Counted from the stretch's first letter, positions 1 to 10,408 are shown. The stretch: DNA of 64,000 nt from a virus (IMGVR_UViG_2684622674_000004:30769-94768), one strand, 5' to 3'. A program made the numbers and translations. The notes: generated by a model from the sequence alone, not told the origin.

Positions 1-462
1 ACTGAGCGATTACGGGCTGATGTTGATAAAAAACTCAAATTTGCCAATGACCGCGCTGAGAAAGCCGAAAGTTTCAGCAAAAAATTCAGTGATCGGGTGC
101 TTGGTGATGCCATTCGCTCCGCCGCATTGAAAACTGGCGCATTGCCGGGTGCTGCTGACGACATCATTCTGCGCGCAAAAGGCGTATTTACTCTCAACGA
201 TGAAGGTGAGGCCATTGCCGTTGATAAAGATGGTTCAGCTCTGCTGGGTAAGGATGGGAAAACACCACTCACCCCGCACGAATGGGCCGAATCACTGAAA
301 GATATTGCGCCGCATCTCTGGCCTCAGGCTGGAGGCACCAACGCTGGCGGTCATAAGCCGAATGGCGGCGCACTCAAGCGTTCAACGATGACCGCAGCCC
401 AAAAGGCGGATTTTATTCGCACTAACGGGCAGCAGGCATTTTTAAAACTTCCGAAAGAATAA
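1..462 (+). CDS. Capsid scaffolding/assembly protein (5'-truncated by window edge)
   Basis: Frame is open from base 1; lies immediately upstream of the capsid gene; charged helical sequence. Confidence 0.7.
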   Translation, partial: TERLRADVDKKLKFANDRAEKAESFSKKFSDRVLGDAIRSAALKTGALPGAADDIILRAKGVFTLNDEGEAIAVDKDGSALLGKDGKTPLTPHEWAESLKDIAPHLWPQAGGTNAGGHKPNGGALKRSTMTAAQKADFIRTNGQQAFLKLPKE

Positions 463-475
463 GGATTTATAATTT

Positions 476-1681
476 ATGACCACAACCGTTAACTCTGACC
501 TGATCATCTATAACGATCTGGCTCAGACATCTTATCTTGAGCGCCGACAGGACAACCTCGATGTGTTCAACGCCTCATCTAATGGCGCGATTGTGCTGGA
601 TAATGCCTTGATTGAAGGCGATTTCCGTAAGCGTGCTTTCTATCAGCTCGGCGGCAGCATCGAACACCGTGATGTTGACTCTACCGGGAAAGTTACAGGT
701 AAGAAAATTGGTGCTGGTGAATCAGTTGGTGTGAAGGCTCCGTGGAAATACGGCCCTTACCAGACGACTGAAGAAGCATTCAAGCGTCGTGGCCGTGATG
801 TGTCTGAGTTCTCTGAAATTGTGGGCGTAGATGTCGCAGATGCCTCACTGGAGGGATTCATCAAATACGGTATTCAGGCGTTGAGTGCTTCCATTGGTGC
901 TAACCCAGACATGGTTGTTACTGCCAACATTGAAGTTGATGGCAAGAAAACCCTGACCAAAGGTATGCGTAAGTACGGTGATCGCTTTGGCCGCATTGCG
1001 CTGTTTGTTATGCACTCGTCTACCTACTTTGACATCATTGATCAGGCGATTGCAGCCAAGATTTATGAGGAAGCTGGTGTTGTAGTGTATGGCGGTCAGC
1101 CTGGTACATTAGGTAAGCCGGTTCTGGTTACCGATACTGCGCCAATTGATGCCATCTTTGGGTTGTTGCCGAACGCCGTGGTTATTACCGAGTCACAGGC
1201 TCCCGGCTTCCGCTCATATCCAATCAACGATGAGGAAAACCTCGGCGTTGGCTACCGCGCAGAGGGGACGATCAATATCGACTTGCTGGGCTATAGCTGG
1301 GATGAAACCAACGGCGGCAAGAACCCGAGCTTGACCGAAATTGGCGCAACCAATAGCTGGAAAAAACACGCAACCAGCAACAAAGTTACCGCTGGCGTGA
1401 TGATTAAGCTGATTGCTGAAGATGTGGCGGCAACAGGTGTCACTCTGAATAAATCGACGACTTCATTGGTTGTTGGTGCAGATGAAACGCTTGTTGCTAC
1501 TGTCGCGCCATCTGATGCAGCTAATAAATCCGTTATTTGGACCTCATCTTCTGCCGCAAAAGCCACAGTTGATGCAAATGGTAAGGTGACTGCTGTTGCA
1601 GCCGGAAGCGCAACCATTACCGCCAAGTGTGTAGACGGCAACTTCACAGCAACTTGCGTAGTGACCGTCACTGCCGCATAA
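476..1681 (+). CDS. Major capsid protein with C-terminal Ig-like (Big_2) domain
   Basis: ~320-aa capsid-like body, then GVTLNK...W.SS...ATVD..G.VTAV..G.A.IT Ig motif; followed by a terminator. Confidence 0.85.
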   Translation: MTTTVNSDLIIYNDLAQTSYLERRQDNLDVFNASSNGAIVLDNALIEGDFRKRAFYQLGGSIEHRDVDSTGKVTGKKIGAGESVGVKAPWKYGPYQTTEEAFKRRGRDVSEFSEIVGVDVADASLEGFIKYGIQALSASIGANPDMVVTANIEVDGKKTLTKGMRKYGDRFGRIALFVMHSSTYFDIIDQAIAAKIYEEAGVVVYGGQPGTLGKPVLVTDTAPIDAIFGLLPNAVVITESQAPGFRSYPINDEENLGVGYRAEGTINIDLLGYSWDETNGGKNPSLTEIGATNSWKKHATSNKVTAGVMIKLIAEDVAATGVTLNKSTTSLVVGADETLVATVAPSDAANKSVIWTSSSAAKATVDANGKVTAVAAGSATITAKCVDGNFTATCVVTVTAA

Positions 1682-1694
1682 GAGTGATCACTAT

Positions 1695-1713
1695 AGGGGC
1701 TTCGGCCCCTTTT
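1695..1713 (+). terminator. Rho-independent terminator after the capsid gene
   Basis: AGGGGC-TTCG-GCCCCT-TTT. Confidence 0.8.
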
Positions 1714-1728
1714 CTATTGGAGGATAGG

Positions 1729-2211
1729 ATGTTAGTCACCGATCCAACCTCACCAGATTTTAACAGCTACGCATCACTCGAAGATTTAGTCGCGTTCGCT
1801 TTGGCGCGCGCAGTTAACTTACCTTCTGAAACAGAGTCATTACTGATTAAGGCGATGGACTACCTGAACGGGCTTAATTGGTATGGAAGCAGAACCAAAC
1901 TAACCCAGCCATTACCCTGGCCGAGATCGGGTATCACTTTCGACGGATTTAGTTATCCATCAACTAATATCCCTCCACAACTTATTACAGCGCAGTGCAT
2001 GCTTGCCGTGGAAGCTATTGAAGGAGATTTACTGGGTTCGAATAGAGAGGCGGCAATAAAGTCTGAGACTGTATCAGGAGCTGTGTCGATCACTTACGCT
2101 GTATCTGATGCCGAGTCATTCACTCCCAATTATCCGGCCGTGATGGCAATTCTACGTGGGTTCGTTGCGGGTAGCGGTTTTGCTATTAATGCCACTGCGA
2201 GGCGTCAATAA
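1729..2211 (+). CDS. Head-tail adaptor (family often annotated DnaT-like)
   Basis: ATG 1729 after GGAGG; NSYAS, A.DYL, QPLPWPR and IP..L..AQ..LA motifs; synteny. Confidence 0.75.
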   Translation: MLVTDPTSPDFNSYASLEDLVAFALARAVNLPSETESLLIKAMDYLNGLNWYGSRTKLTQPLPWPRSGITFDGFSYPSTNIPPQLITAQCMLAVEAIEGDLLGSNREAAIKSETVSGAVSITYAVSDAESFTPNYPAVMAILRGFVAGSGFAINATARRQ

Positions 2212-2561
2212 TGGCTATCAACTACCCACGAATGCGAGCGACAGCAATACGATTGATTACCGAAAATGGAGCGACCTACCATCTCACTCGCGGTGGCGGT
2301 GTCGAGTTCGTCGGCGGTGTTGAAGTTGATATCCCGCTTGAGTCATTCTCGGTTATTGGCGTTATTTCCAGTTATTCCCCCGGTGAGATTGACGGTACCT
2401 TAATCCAGAACGGCGATGTGAAAATGTCGGCTACGGCTGATGTGGAAATTCGCATTGGTGATCTGATTATGGTTGATGGCAAAAAACACCGAGTCATTAA
2501 ACCTAATCCAGTAAAACCAGCCACACTGCTGATCTGCTACAAGCCACAACTGAGGGCGTGA
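2211..2561 (+). CDS. Head-tail connector/closure protein
   Basis: IDGTLIQ.GD motif; coupled to the upstream gene; synteny. Confidence 0.7.
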   Translation: MAINYPRMRATAIRLITENGATYHLTRGGGVEFVGGVEVDIPLESFSVIGVISSYSPGEIDGTLIQNGDVKMSATADVEIRIGDLIMVDGKKHRVIKPNPVKPATLLICYKPQLRA

Positions 2562-2562
2562 T

Positions 2563-3147
2563 ATGGCTGACGATTCCAGCTTTATGGCTTCAATTAATGC
2601 GTTTATCGAAAAGGGTAAGCGTAATCAGGAATTGGTGGTTCAAAAAGGGGCTATCAAAATTCTCAATCAGTTAGTCACGATGTCGCCGGTTGGAAATCCT
2701 GAACTATGGGCCATCAACCACACCGCGAAGTCATATAACGATGCTGTGTTTGAGCATAACGAGGATCTAAAGAAAGATTCAGCTAACTTAACCAAAACAG
2801 GGCGACTGAAAAAACGGGCTAGGGTGACTGATAGCATGGATGTCAAAGCACCTGCTGGCTATACCGGTGGACGCTTTAGAGGTAATTGGCAGGTTGGCCT
2901 AGATGTTCAGCCTGACGGTGAAACAGGACGTATCGATAAAAGTGGCAATATGACAATGGCTGTTGGCAATTACATGCTTGAGCAGTTCAAGGTCGGCACC
3001 AAGGCTATCTACTTCACCAACAATGTTCCTTATGCTTATCGGCTTGAGTTTGGTCATTCATCACAGGCTCCAAACGGGATGATCCGCATAACCGCCGAAG
3101 AGGCAGCTAAATACTTTGTTGAAGCCGCTAATGAGGTGAATAAGTGA
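2563..3147 (+). CDS. HK97 gp10-like tail completion/neck protein
   Basis: SPV, GRFRGNWQ, NNVPYA..LE.GHS.QAP.G motifs. Confidence 0.8.
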   Translation: MADDSSFMASINAFIEKGKRNQELVVQKGAIKILNQLVTMSPVGNPELWAINHTAKSYNDAVFEHNEDLKKDSANLTKTGRLKKRARVTDSMDVKAPAGYTGGRFRGNWQVGLDVQPDGETGRIDKSGNMTMAVGNYMLEQFKVGTKAIYFTNNVPYAYRLEFGHSSQAPNGMIRITAEEAAKYFVEAANEVNK

Positions 3148-3551
3148 GCACTCAACGAATCACCGTATTACTGGAAAAACGGCTTGGAGAATGGGCGGCG
3201 ATTAAAGGCATTCCGTTGTCTACCGAAAACGTTAGCTTTGATGATACTGGTGGTATGTATCTGCAATCGCATGTCATGCCAGCCACAACAGACACTATCG
3301 ATTTAGCGCAGGCTTCCCGCGTATTCAAAGGTGTGTATCAGATTAATATCAACGCCAAAGCAGGTAGCGGTAAATCAAAATCACATTCCATTGCTGCTGA
3401 GTTAATAGAATTGTTTAACCTCAATACTGAGCTTACAGACGGGGTGGTAACATGCTATATCAACAGCGTTCCCAGCCAGTTTCCCGGCATTACTAACGAC
3501 ACCACATACACAACACCAGTCAGCATGAGTTATCGTGCTGACGTCATTTAA
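3144..3551 (+). CDS. Tail terminator-like protein
   Basis: G.YQI.I....G.G and C-terminal PVS.SYRAD; precedes the tail tube gene. Confidence 0.75.
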   Translation: MSTQRITVLLEKRLGEWAAIKGIPLSTENVSFDDTGGMYLQSHVMPATTDTIDLAQASRVFKGVYQININAKAGSGKSKSHSIAAELIELFNLNTELTDGVVTCYINSVPSQFPGITNDTTYTTPVSMSYRADVI

Positions 3552-3571
3552 ACCTCAATCAATCCCACATC

Positions 3572-3593
3572 ACCGGCCTATGCCGGTTTTTTT
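3572..3593 (+). terminator. Rho-independent terminator-like hairpin
   Basis: ACCGGC-CTAT-GCCGGT followed by a T tract. Confidence 0.7.
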
Positions 3594-3616
3594 ATATCCA
3601 AAATCGGAGAATTACC

Positions 3617-4537
3617 ATGGGCTTTGCTCTACCTAATGGCGCGGGTATTTACCTGGCTAAAACATATGAAACCGAAGTGGCGGTAACGGCAGTTTCCAAT
3701 GCTGTTGACGCAGTTCTGACGGTAGCAACGGGGCATGGCATCGCTGAAGGCGATATTGTGCAACTTACGTCTGGCTGGGGCGCTCTGAATGACCTGGCTG
3801 CAAAAGTTACGGCGTCAACAGCGACTTCGCTAACTCTCGGCTCAATTGATACATCTAATACTGACCGTTTTGCTGTGGGCGGAGGTGTGGGGACGGTTAA
3901 GAAGATCTTAAGCTGGATTGAAATCCCGCAAATCACTGAAGTGGCGAACAGTGGTGGCGATCAGCAGATGATTCAGATTCAGTTCCTGAGTGATACCCGC
4001 CAGCGCAACCTCAACACGTTCAAAGCTGCACAATCCCAAACCCTGACATTGGCACATGATTCTAGTCAGCCGGTTTATTCGGTATTACGCGCGGCTGATG
4101 AGTCAGAGCAAACGCTGGCGACCTACATGTACGTGCCTAAAGCCAAAGAGAACCGCTATTCAACTGTGAAAGTGTCATTTAATGACATCCCGACCACAGC
4201 GATTAATGCCATTGAAACAGTCACTGCGGTGTTCAACCTTCAATCTCAGGCGATGACTTTTTATAAGTCTGGTGCTCCTGTGGCCGTTACTGGCGTCACT
4301 TTAAATAAGACTACTACCACTCTTGCCGTGGCTGCCACTGAAACCTTGACGGCAACTGTAGCACCAGTAAACGCAACCAACAAATCAGGCGTTTGGTCAT
4401 CATCAGCACCCGCCAAGGCCTCTGTTGACCCAGTGACTGGCGTTGTAACTGGCGTTGCTACTGGCGCTGCCAATATCATTTACACAACAGCAGATGGCGC
4501 GAAAACCGCTACTTGCGCCGTCACCGTAACCGCATAA
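3617..4537 (+). CDS. Major tail tube protein with C-terminal Ig-like domain
   Basis: MGFALPNG start, W.EIPQI, SGGDQQ; C-terminal Big_2 motif. Confidence 0.88.
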   Translation: MGFALPNGAGIYLAKTYETEVAVTAVSNAVDAVLTVATGHGIAEGDIVQLTSGWGALNDLAAKVTASTATSLTLGSIDTSNTDRFAVGGGVGTVKKILSWIEIPQITEVANSGGDQQMIQIQFLSDTRQRNLNTFKAAQSQTLTLAHDSSQPVYSVLRAADESEQTLATYMYVPKAKENRYSTVKVSFNDIPTTAINAIETVTAVFNLQSQAMTFYKSGAPVAVTGVTLNKTTTTLAVAATETLTATVAPVNATNKSGVWSSSAPAKASVDPVTGVVTGVATGAANIIYTTADGAKTATCAVTVTA

Positions 4538-4549
4538 GGAACATGAACC

Positions 4550-4861
4550 ATGGCAGTAAAATTCACCCTGGTACCGTCACCAACATTTAAAGCTGATGTG
4601 AAAATCCCTCGCGCTGGTCTGGATGACGGCGAGTTAACGTTTACCTTTAAGCATTTGCCGCTTAATGAAGTATCGAATATCGAGAAAGCAGAAGGACAAA
4701 CAGGGTTAGATTTCGCAGAGAAAATTATCCAAGGCTGGGCGCTTCCCGACGCATTCAACCGCGAAAATCTGGAAGTGCTTGCGAATAACTACCCGAAAGC
4801 TATCGAGAATGTCATCAGTGCGTTTTATCGCGAACTGCTTGGTAACCGCGAAAAAAACTAA
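4550..4861 (+). CDS. Tail assembly chaperone (G-like)
   Basis: PTFKA.V.IP motif; ends GNREKN at an A-rich slippery site. Confidence 0.85.
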   Translation: MAVKFTLVPSPTFKADVKIPRAGLDDGELTFTFKHLPLNEVSNIEKAEGQTGLDFAEKIIQGWALPDAFNRENLEVLANNYPKAIENVISAFYRELLGNREKN

Positions 4862-5169
4862 CCTCGGTTGCCACAGCCCTCTATACCCCTGAACCCACCC
4901 GCGAAGAATTGGCAGGCAACGGCCTGACACCTGATGATTTCGACGATGTAATTATCGAGATATGGCCGGATGTTTGGCCTGCTTTCAATGTGATTAGAGC
5001 AATGTCCACGCAGTGGCGTACCGGCATGTCTGGGCCTACTGGGTTGGACTACGGCTGCCTGTCACAAGTCATGGATTGGGTAGGTGTAGAGAGCAAAGCA
5101 ACCGTGTTTGATGACATAAGGCACATGGAGAGCGTTGCGCTGTCCGTTATTCACAAGCGGAGCAAGTAA
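4858..5169 (+). CDS. Tail chaperone T segment reached by -1 frameshift (DUF1799-like)
   Basis: A-AAA-AAC at 4852-4858; -1 frame is open from 4858 (LTSVATALY...) into WP...M.TQWR.G..G.TGLDY. Confidence 0.8.
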   Translation, partial: LTSVATALYTPEPTREELAGNGLTPDDFDDVIIEIWPDVWPAFNVIRAMSTQWRTGMSGPTGLDYGCLSQVMDWVGVESKATVFDDIRHMESVALSVIHKRSK

Positions 5170-8100
5170 ATGGCAGATATCGCAACAATCTCACTACGCG
5201 CGGATACGTCCAGCCTGGAACAAGGTGACAAGGCGTTAGACCACTTTGGGCAAACAGCGGAGAAGGCCACCAAGCAAGCTGATGGGCTGAATGAGTCTAA
5301 TACCAAACTGGCTTCATCTTATGATGAGGCCGCCAAATCACTGGCTAATAATTACAAAGCAACATCCGATTATAACGAAAGCGTTGAACGTAGTGCTAAA
5401 TCTTCAAAAGCGGCCACTGCCATTATTGAAGAGCAAAAGGCTGGGCTAAGCGCACTGTTAGATAGAATCAATCCAACTAACAAAGCATTTGCTGAGCTGG
5501 ATGAAATATCTAAAAAGTTAAGAGCTGCTAAAAATTCTAACCTGATAAATTCAGAGGAATTTGAGCACTACAACTCAATTCTATTCACAACAGCAGACAA
5601 ACTAAATAAAGTCGCTGATGCATTAACCGAAGAAGGCCGAGCAGCAACCGCTCAGGCAGCGGCAGACAGAAAGGCCGCTGAAGCAAAAGAGGCTTTTCTT
5701 GCCAAACTACGAGATCAGAATGCTTTGTTCAAAGCATCTGCTTCTGACTCGGCCACCTATCGTGCAGCGCAGCTAGGCATTACTTCTGAAGCTGCACCAA
5801 TGATAGCCGCAATCCGGCAACAGGAAGAGGCCACCCGCCGCGATGCTGAACAAAAGAAATTAGCCTCAATTGCAGCCCGCGGATTAAAGGACTCAATCAA
5901 GCAGCTCGAAGCTGAGGAACGGGCCGCCACGCAAGCAACTAAAGCTCAGGAGGCTGCGGATATTTCTGCGGCAGCCGCTAAGGCGAATTTTGTTCAACGC
6001 TTGCGGGAACAAGTGGAACTACAAGGGAAAACGGCTTCAGAGGTTCAGGCATATAAAGCTGCACAAATGGGGGTTACAGAGCAAGCTGCGCCATTCATCG
6101 CGAGGCTGAAAGAGCAAGAGGATGCTTGGAAGAAAGGCACTGTTTCTGCTGGTCAATACCGCATGGCAATGCGCCAACTACCCATGCAATTCACTGATAT
6201 CGCAACCTCAATCGCCGGTGGCATGCCGTTGTACATGATCGCCATTCAGCAGGGCGGTCAGATTAAAGATAGCTTTGGCGGTATTGGTAATGCCAGCAAG
6301 GCGCTCTTGAGCCTGATCACTCCGATGACGGTTGGGCTAGTTGGCGCGGCGGCCGTAGTCGGGGGGCTGGCGCTCGCTTACTACAAAGGCGCAGCAGAAA
6401 ATGAGGAGTTCAATAAGCAACTCATTCTGACTGGTAATTATGCAGGCAGAACCGCCTCTCAGCTTCAGGCTATGGCTAAGGGGCTATCTGGCAATGGGTT
6501 AACACAATCAGCCCTGTCCTCCGCCATGGCAAAAGTGGTCGGCACCGGTTCGTTTGATTCATCGCAAATTGAGATGGTTACCCTCGCTGCCGCCAAGATG
6601 GAACAGGCAACCGGACAATCCATTGACGCTACAGTTAATAACTTTAAGCGCCTTCAGGATGAGCCGTTAAAGGCAGCGAAAGAGCTTGATGATCAACTCC
6701 ATTACCTAACTGCTTCCGAATATGAGCAAATCTCTGCCATGGAGCGCTCAGGCAACACCATTGGTGCTGCTAGGGTGGCGATGGAATCCTACTCCAAAGC
6801 CATGCGTGACAGGGCTGATGAGGTTGTTAACAATGTCGGCTACATGGAACGTTCATGGAATAGTTTAAGAAATACCGCAGCGGGTGCTTGGGATGCCATG
6901 CTCGACATAGGGCGGGATAAATCTCTTGATGATCGGCTGACTGATGTCAACGCCCGGATGGCAGAAAGTCAGGCTAATCCTGGGCGATATGACAACAACA
7001 AGCTTGCTGCCGAAAAAGCTCTGCTCACTGAAGAAAAGTATCAGAAAGATGTTACTGCCGCTCGGAAAAAAGCCAACCAGAATGCTGATGAGTTGGAGAA
7101 AAATAGTCTGCGGGTTATGGATGGTTACCGCGACCAATACGCAACGCGAGAGCAGCAACGGACAAAGGAACAACAGAAGTTTAATCAAATTGCGTACCGG
7201 TTCAGCGCTGAAGAACAAGCACGTATCCGTTCTGAGATAGATGCTAAATATAAGGACAGAGCGACACCAAAAGGTCGCGCAGCCGCAGCTTATCAAGACG
7301 ATGCAGCCACCAAGGCATTGCTCGATAGTCAGGCGCGCGTTGCTGCTTTGCGTGAACAGGCAACTGTCACATTAACCATGACCGATCAGGAAAAGCAGCT
7401 AGCTAAATTCACCCAGCAAATTGCCGACCTGAAAAGTAAAACCATCCTCACCGCAGACCAGAAATCACTTCTGGCCCGTTCTGGTGAAATCACTGCCAGT
7501 ATGCAGCTTGAGGCCCAGCTTTCACGTGAAAACGCTGAAAGGAAGAAAGCAACAGCAGCTCTCAAGCAGATGGATGATTACACCACGACGATTGCCAATC
7601 GAAATGCTCAGGCTCAGGCTAAGTTTGGCAAGACCAGCAAGCAAGCGTCTCGTGTTGACCAAGAGTTTCAGCTTGATAATACATTCGACAAGCAGACGGA
7701 GGGAGTTACCGGCGCGGCGCTAGAAAAACTTACCGAGTCATACAACAAGGCAAAAGCTGAGTTACATGCTGGATTCAAGCAGGAAGATTTGAATGAAGGT
7801 GATTGGTTGGCAGGCATGACTCAGGGCCTTGAGCAGTACGGGGAAACGGCTAACAACGTTTTCTCTGCTACCGCTCAGTTGGCCCAAAACACCATGGGCA
7901 GCATGACCTCCATGGCGACCCAGATGATGGCTACCGGATCAGCAAACGTGAAGCAATTTGCCACCAACTTTATGACCAGCATTGTCGATATCATCAATCG
8001 GTTACTGATTGCTCAAGCTCTTCAGGCTGCGATGGGGTGGATTAGCGGTGCTGCATCGGCTGGCGCAGGCGCAGCAAGCGGGGCGGCTAGTAGTGCCAGT

Positions 8101-8544
8101 TCGGGCGCAATGGGGATGTCTACTAGCTTCAGAGCTTATGACGTCGGCGGCTACACTGGCGACGGCGGAAAGTTCGAACCGAAAGGCGTGGTGCATGGCG
8201 GGGAGTTTGTCTTTACCAAAGAGGCCACCAACCGAATTGGCATCGATAATCTCTACAAGATGATGCGCGGTTATGCTGATGGTGGGGTGGTTAGCAATAC
8301 AGTCACTGCCGCCGCGCCAATGCTCGGCATGCAGGGCGGCGGGACGGCTATATCAGTCGATTTGAGTGGCATGACAATAACCACTCAAGGGAATCAGCAA
8401 CAGGATACTGGTGCAAATAACGGCGAATTGGTTAGCAAGGCTGCGAGGAACGAAGTCATAGCTATCGTCACTCAGCAACTCGATCGCGCTATGGGACAAA
8501 GTGGACGTATCACCAATTTTGTTACTAACAGAGCGGGGCGTTAA
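5170..8544 (+). CDS. Tail tape measure protein (lambda H-like)
   Basis: 1124 aa, Ala-rich; QQGGQIKD, LILTGNYAG and GGYTGDGGK.EPKGVVH.GEFV motifs. Confidence 0.95.
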   Translation: MADIATISLRADTSSLEQGDKALDHFGQTAEKATKQADGLNESNTKLASSYDEAAKSLANNYKATSDYNESVERSAKSSKAATAIIEEQKAGLSALLDRINPTNKAFAELDEISKKLRAAKNSNLINSEEFEHYNSILFTTADKLNKVADALTEEGRAATAQAAADRKAAEAKEAFLAKLRDQNALFKASASDSATYRAAQLGITSEAAPMIAAIRQQEEATRRDAEQKKLASIAARGLKDSIKQLEAEERAATQATKAQEAADISAAAAKANFVQRLREQVELQGKTASEVQAYKAAQMGVTEQAAPFIARLKEQEDAWKKGTVSAGQYRMAMRQLPMQFTDIATSIAGGMPLYMIAIQQGGQIKDSFGGIGNASKALLSLITPMTVGLVGAAAVVGGLALAYYKGAAENEEFNKQLILTGNYAGRTASQLQAMAKGLSGNGLTQSALSSAMAKVVGTGSFDSSQIEMVTLAAAKMEQATGQSIDATVNNFKRLQDEPLKAAKELDDQLHYLTASEYEQISAMERSGNTIGAARVAMESYSKAMRDRADEVVNNVGYMERSWNSLRNTAAGAWDAMLDIGRDKSLDDRLTDVNARMAESQANPGRYDNNKLAAEKALLTEEKYQKDVTAARKKANQNADELEKNSLRVMDGYRDQYATREQQRTKEQQKFNQIAYRFSAEEQARIRSEIDAKYKDRATPKGRAAAAYQDDAATKALLDSQARVAALREQATVTLTMTDQEKQLAKFTQQIADLKSKTILTADQKSLLARSGEITASMQLEAQLSRENAERKKATAALKQMDDYTTTIANRNAQAQAKFGKTSKQASRVDQEFQLDNTFDKQTEGVTGAALEKLTESYNKAKAELHAGFKQEDLNEGDWLAGMTQGLEQYGETANNVFSATAQLAQNTMGSMTSMATQMMATGSANVKQFATNFMTSIVDIINRLLIAQALQAAMGWISGAASAGAGAASGAASSASSGAMGMSTSFRAYDVGGYTGDGGKFEPKGVVHGGEFVFTKEATNRIGIDNLYKMMRGYADGGVVSNTVTAAAPMLGMQGGGTAISVDLSGMTITTQGNQQQDTGANNGELVSKAARNEVIAIVTQQLDRAMGQSGRITNFVTNRAGR

Positions 8545-8546
8545 GA

Positions 8547-8888
8547 ATGGCAATTGAAACATTTCTTTGGCGAACTCAGGGCGTCCCTGAAGGTAGCTTT
8601 AACCAGCGGGTCAGAACCGCTCAGTTCGGCGATGGCTATAAGCAAGTTGCTGGCGATGGCATGAACCCTGAAACGCAGTCATGGCCGCTGACATTTCAGG
8701 GCTTAGAAAAAGAGATGATGCCTATTCTGGCGTTTATCCGCAGACATACCACTAAGTCCTGCCAATGGACGGCACCTTATGGCGTAGTTGGCCTGTGGCG
8801 AGTCACTGCCGACTCCATCAAGGCCGTTCCGGTTGGCGGTAATGTCATGTCCGTCTCCTTCACTTTCGAGCAATCCTTTAAGCCTTAA
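8547..8888 (+). CDS. Minor tail protein M (distal tail)
   Basis: AQFGDGY.Q...G.NP, F.FEQ.F; synteny. Confidence 0.9.
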   Translation: MAIETFLWRTQGVPEGSFNQRVRTAQFGDGYKQVAGDGMNPETQSWPLTFQGLEKEMMPILAFIRRHTTKSCQWTAPYGVVGLWRVTADSIKAVPVGGNVMSVSFTFEQSFKP

Positions 8889-8904
8889 TATCGAGTAACC
8901 CAAT

Positions 8905-9657
8905 ATGACAATTAATACTGACTTGCAACGACTGGAGCCGGGTAACCGCGTTCGTCTGTATGAAGTGGATGGCTCTCAATTTGATGGCCCGTTATTGCGC
9001 TTTCATGCCGACACATTACCCCACACTCCAGAGGAAATTGCGGTAGCCGATGGTGACGAAACCAAACTACCCGCTAAATCTATCTGGTGGCAGGGGGAAG
9101 AGTATTCAGCATGGCCGGTGCAGGTTGAAGGCATTGAGATGTCCAGCGATGGGCAAAGTGCGCAGCCCAAGTTATCGGTCGCAAACCTTGATGGAACTAT
9201 CACCGCGCTGTGTCTGGCCTTTGACGATATGGTGCAGGCAAAAGTCATTGTTCACGACACGTTTAAACACTATCTGGATGCTGTGAATTTTCCCGAAGGG
9301 AATCCCGAGGCTGATCCGGAACAGGAGAAACTGCAGGTTTACTATATCGACAGTAAATCGACGGAAACCAACGAGGTTGTTGAGTTTACGCTCTCTAGCC
9401 CAGCGGACTTACAGGGATTACTGATCCCTACCCGACAAATTCACTCCCTCTGTACGTGGTGTATGCGCGGTGACTATCGTTCTGGAAATGGCTGTGATTA
9501 TGCTGGGACGCTGTATTTCGATGAGAAAGGCAATCCCACAGATGACCCGAGCAAGGATAAGTGCTCTGGTCTGCTGGTTGATTGCAAAAAACGATTTGGA
9601 GCCGATAACCCATTGCCGTTTGGTGGGTTCCCCGGCGCGGCCCTGATCAAGAGGTAG
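8905..9657 (+). CDS. Minor tail protein L
   Basis: C-terminal CTW..RG.YR...C.Y.G and DCKKRFG...PFGGFPG Fe-S motif. Confidence 0.92.
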   Translation: MTINTDLQRLEPGNRVRLYEVDGSQFDGPLLRFHADTLPHTPEEIAVADGDETKLPAKSIWWQGEEYSAWPVQVEGIEMSSDGQSAQPKLSVANLDGTITALCLAFDDMVQAKVIVHDTFKHYLDAVNFPEGNPEADPEQEKLQVYYIDSKSTETNEVVEFTLSSPADLQGLLIPTRQIHSLCTWCMRGDYRSGNGCDYAGTLYFDEKGNPTDDPSKDKCSGLLVDCKKRFGADNPLPFGGFPGAALIKR

Positions 9658-9659
9658 AG

Positions 9660-10364
9660 ATGAGAGATAAAACGCTTAAAGCGATATTGGCTCATGCCGA
9701 GGCTGAATACCCCAAAGAGTGCTGTGGTGTTGTGGCGCAGAAGTCGCGAGTGGAAAAATATTTCCCGTGCAATAACTTGGCTACAAACCCGACTGAACAG
9801 TTTCACCTCGATCCCGCTGGCTATGTGGTGGCCGAAGATTGGGGGATCATCACTGCAATCGTACACAGCCACCCCGACGCAACCACTCAGCCATCCGAAT
9901 TGGACATGGCCCAATGTGATAATAACGAGCTGCCTTGGCACATTGTAAGCTGGCCCGAGGGTGATTTACGGACTATCCAGCCGCGGGGTGACGTGCCGCT
10001 AATCGGCCGCCAGTTCGTATTGGGGCATACCGATTGCTGGGGCTTGATAATGTCCTACTTCAAGCAAACGCATGGCATTGAGTTGAACGACTATCGCGTT
10101 GATCGGCATTGGTGGGAGTCTGGTGCGGAAAATTTCTATATGGATAACTGGTATGAATGCGGCTTTCGTGAGTTCAGTGGCCCAGCACAACCAGGCGACC
10201 TGATTATCATGCAAGTATCTGCCCCAGTCGCTAACCATGGGGGTATTTTGCTGGAAGATGGCATGCTACTTCACCATCCATACGGGCAACTTAGCCAGCG
10301 CGTGCCTTATGGTGGTTATTGGCAAGAAAGGACCATGAAGGTGGTTCGTTACAACGGCCTGTAA
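9660..10364 (+). CDS. Tail assembly protein K (JAB/MPN + NlpC/P60)
   Basis: YPKECCG, VHSHPD, DCWGL, NHGGI motifs. Confidence 0.92.
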   Translation: MRDKTLKAILAHAEAEYPKECCGVVAQKSRVEKYFPCNNLATNPTEQFHLDPAGYVVAEDWGIITAIVHSHPDATTQPSELDMAQCDNNELPWHIVSWPEGDLRTIQPRGDVPLIGRQFVLGHTDCWGLIMSYFKQTHGIELNDYRVDRHWWESGAENFYMDNWYECGFREFSGPAQPGDLIIMQVSAPVANHGGILLEDGMLLHHPYGQLSQRVPYGGYWQERTMKVVRYNGL

Positions 10365-10408
10365 TTTAAGTCCGCCTACTTGGTGTTTATATTTAGATGG
10401 AAGAATAA

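Noticed and set aside
1729-2211. DnaT primosomal protein
   Set aside because: Position between capsid and connectors indicates a head-tail adaptor; the DnaT-like label is a family name only
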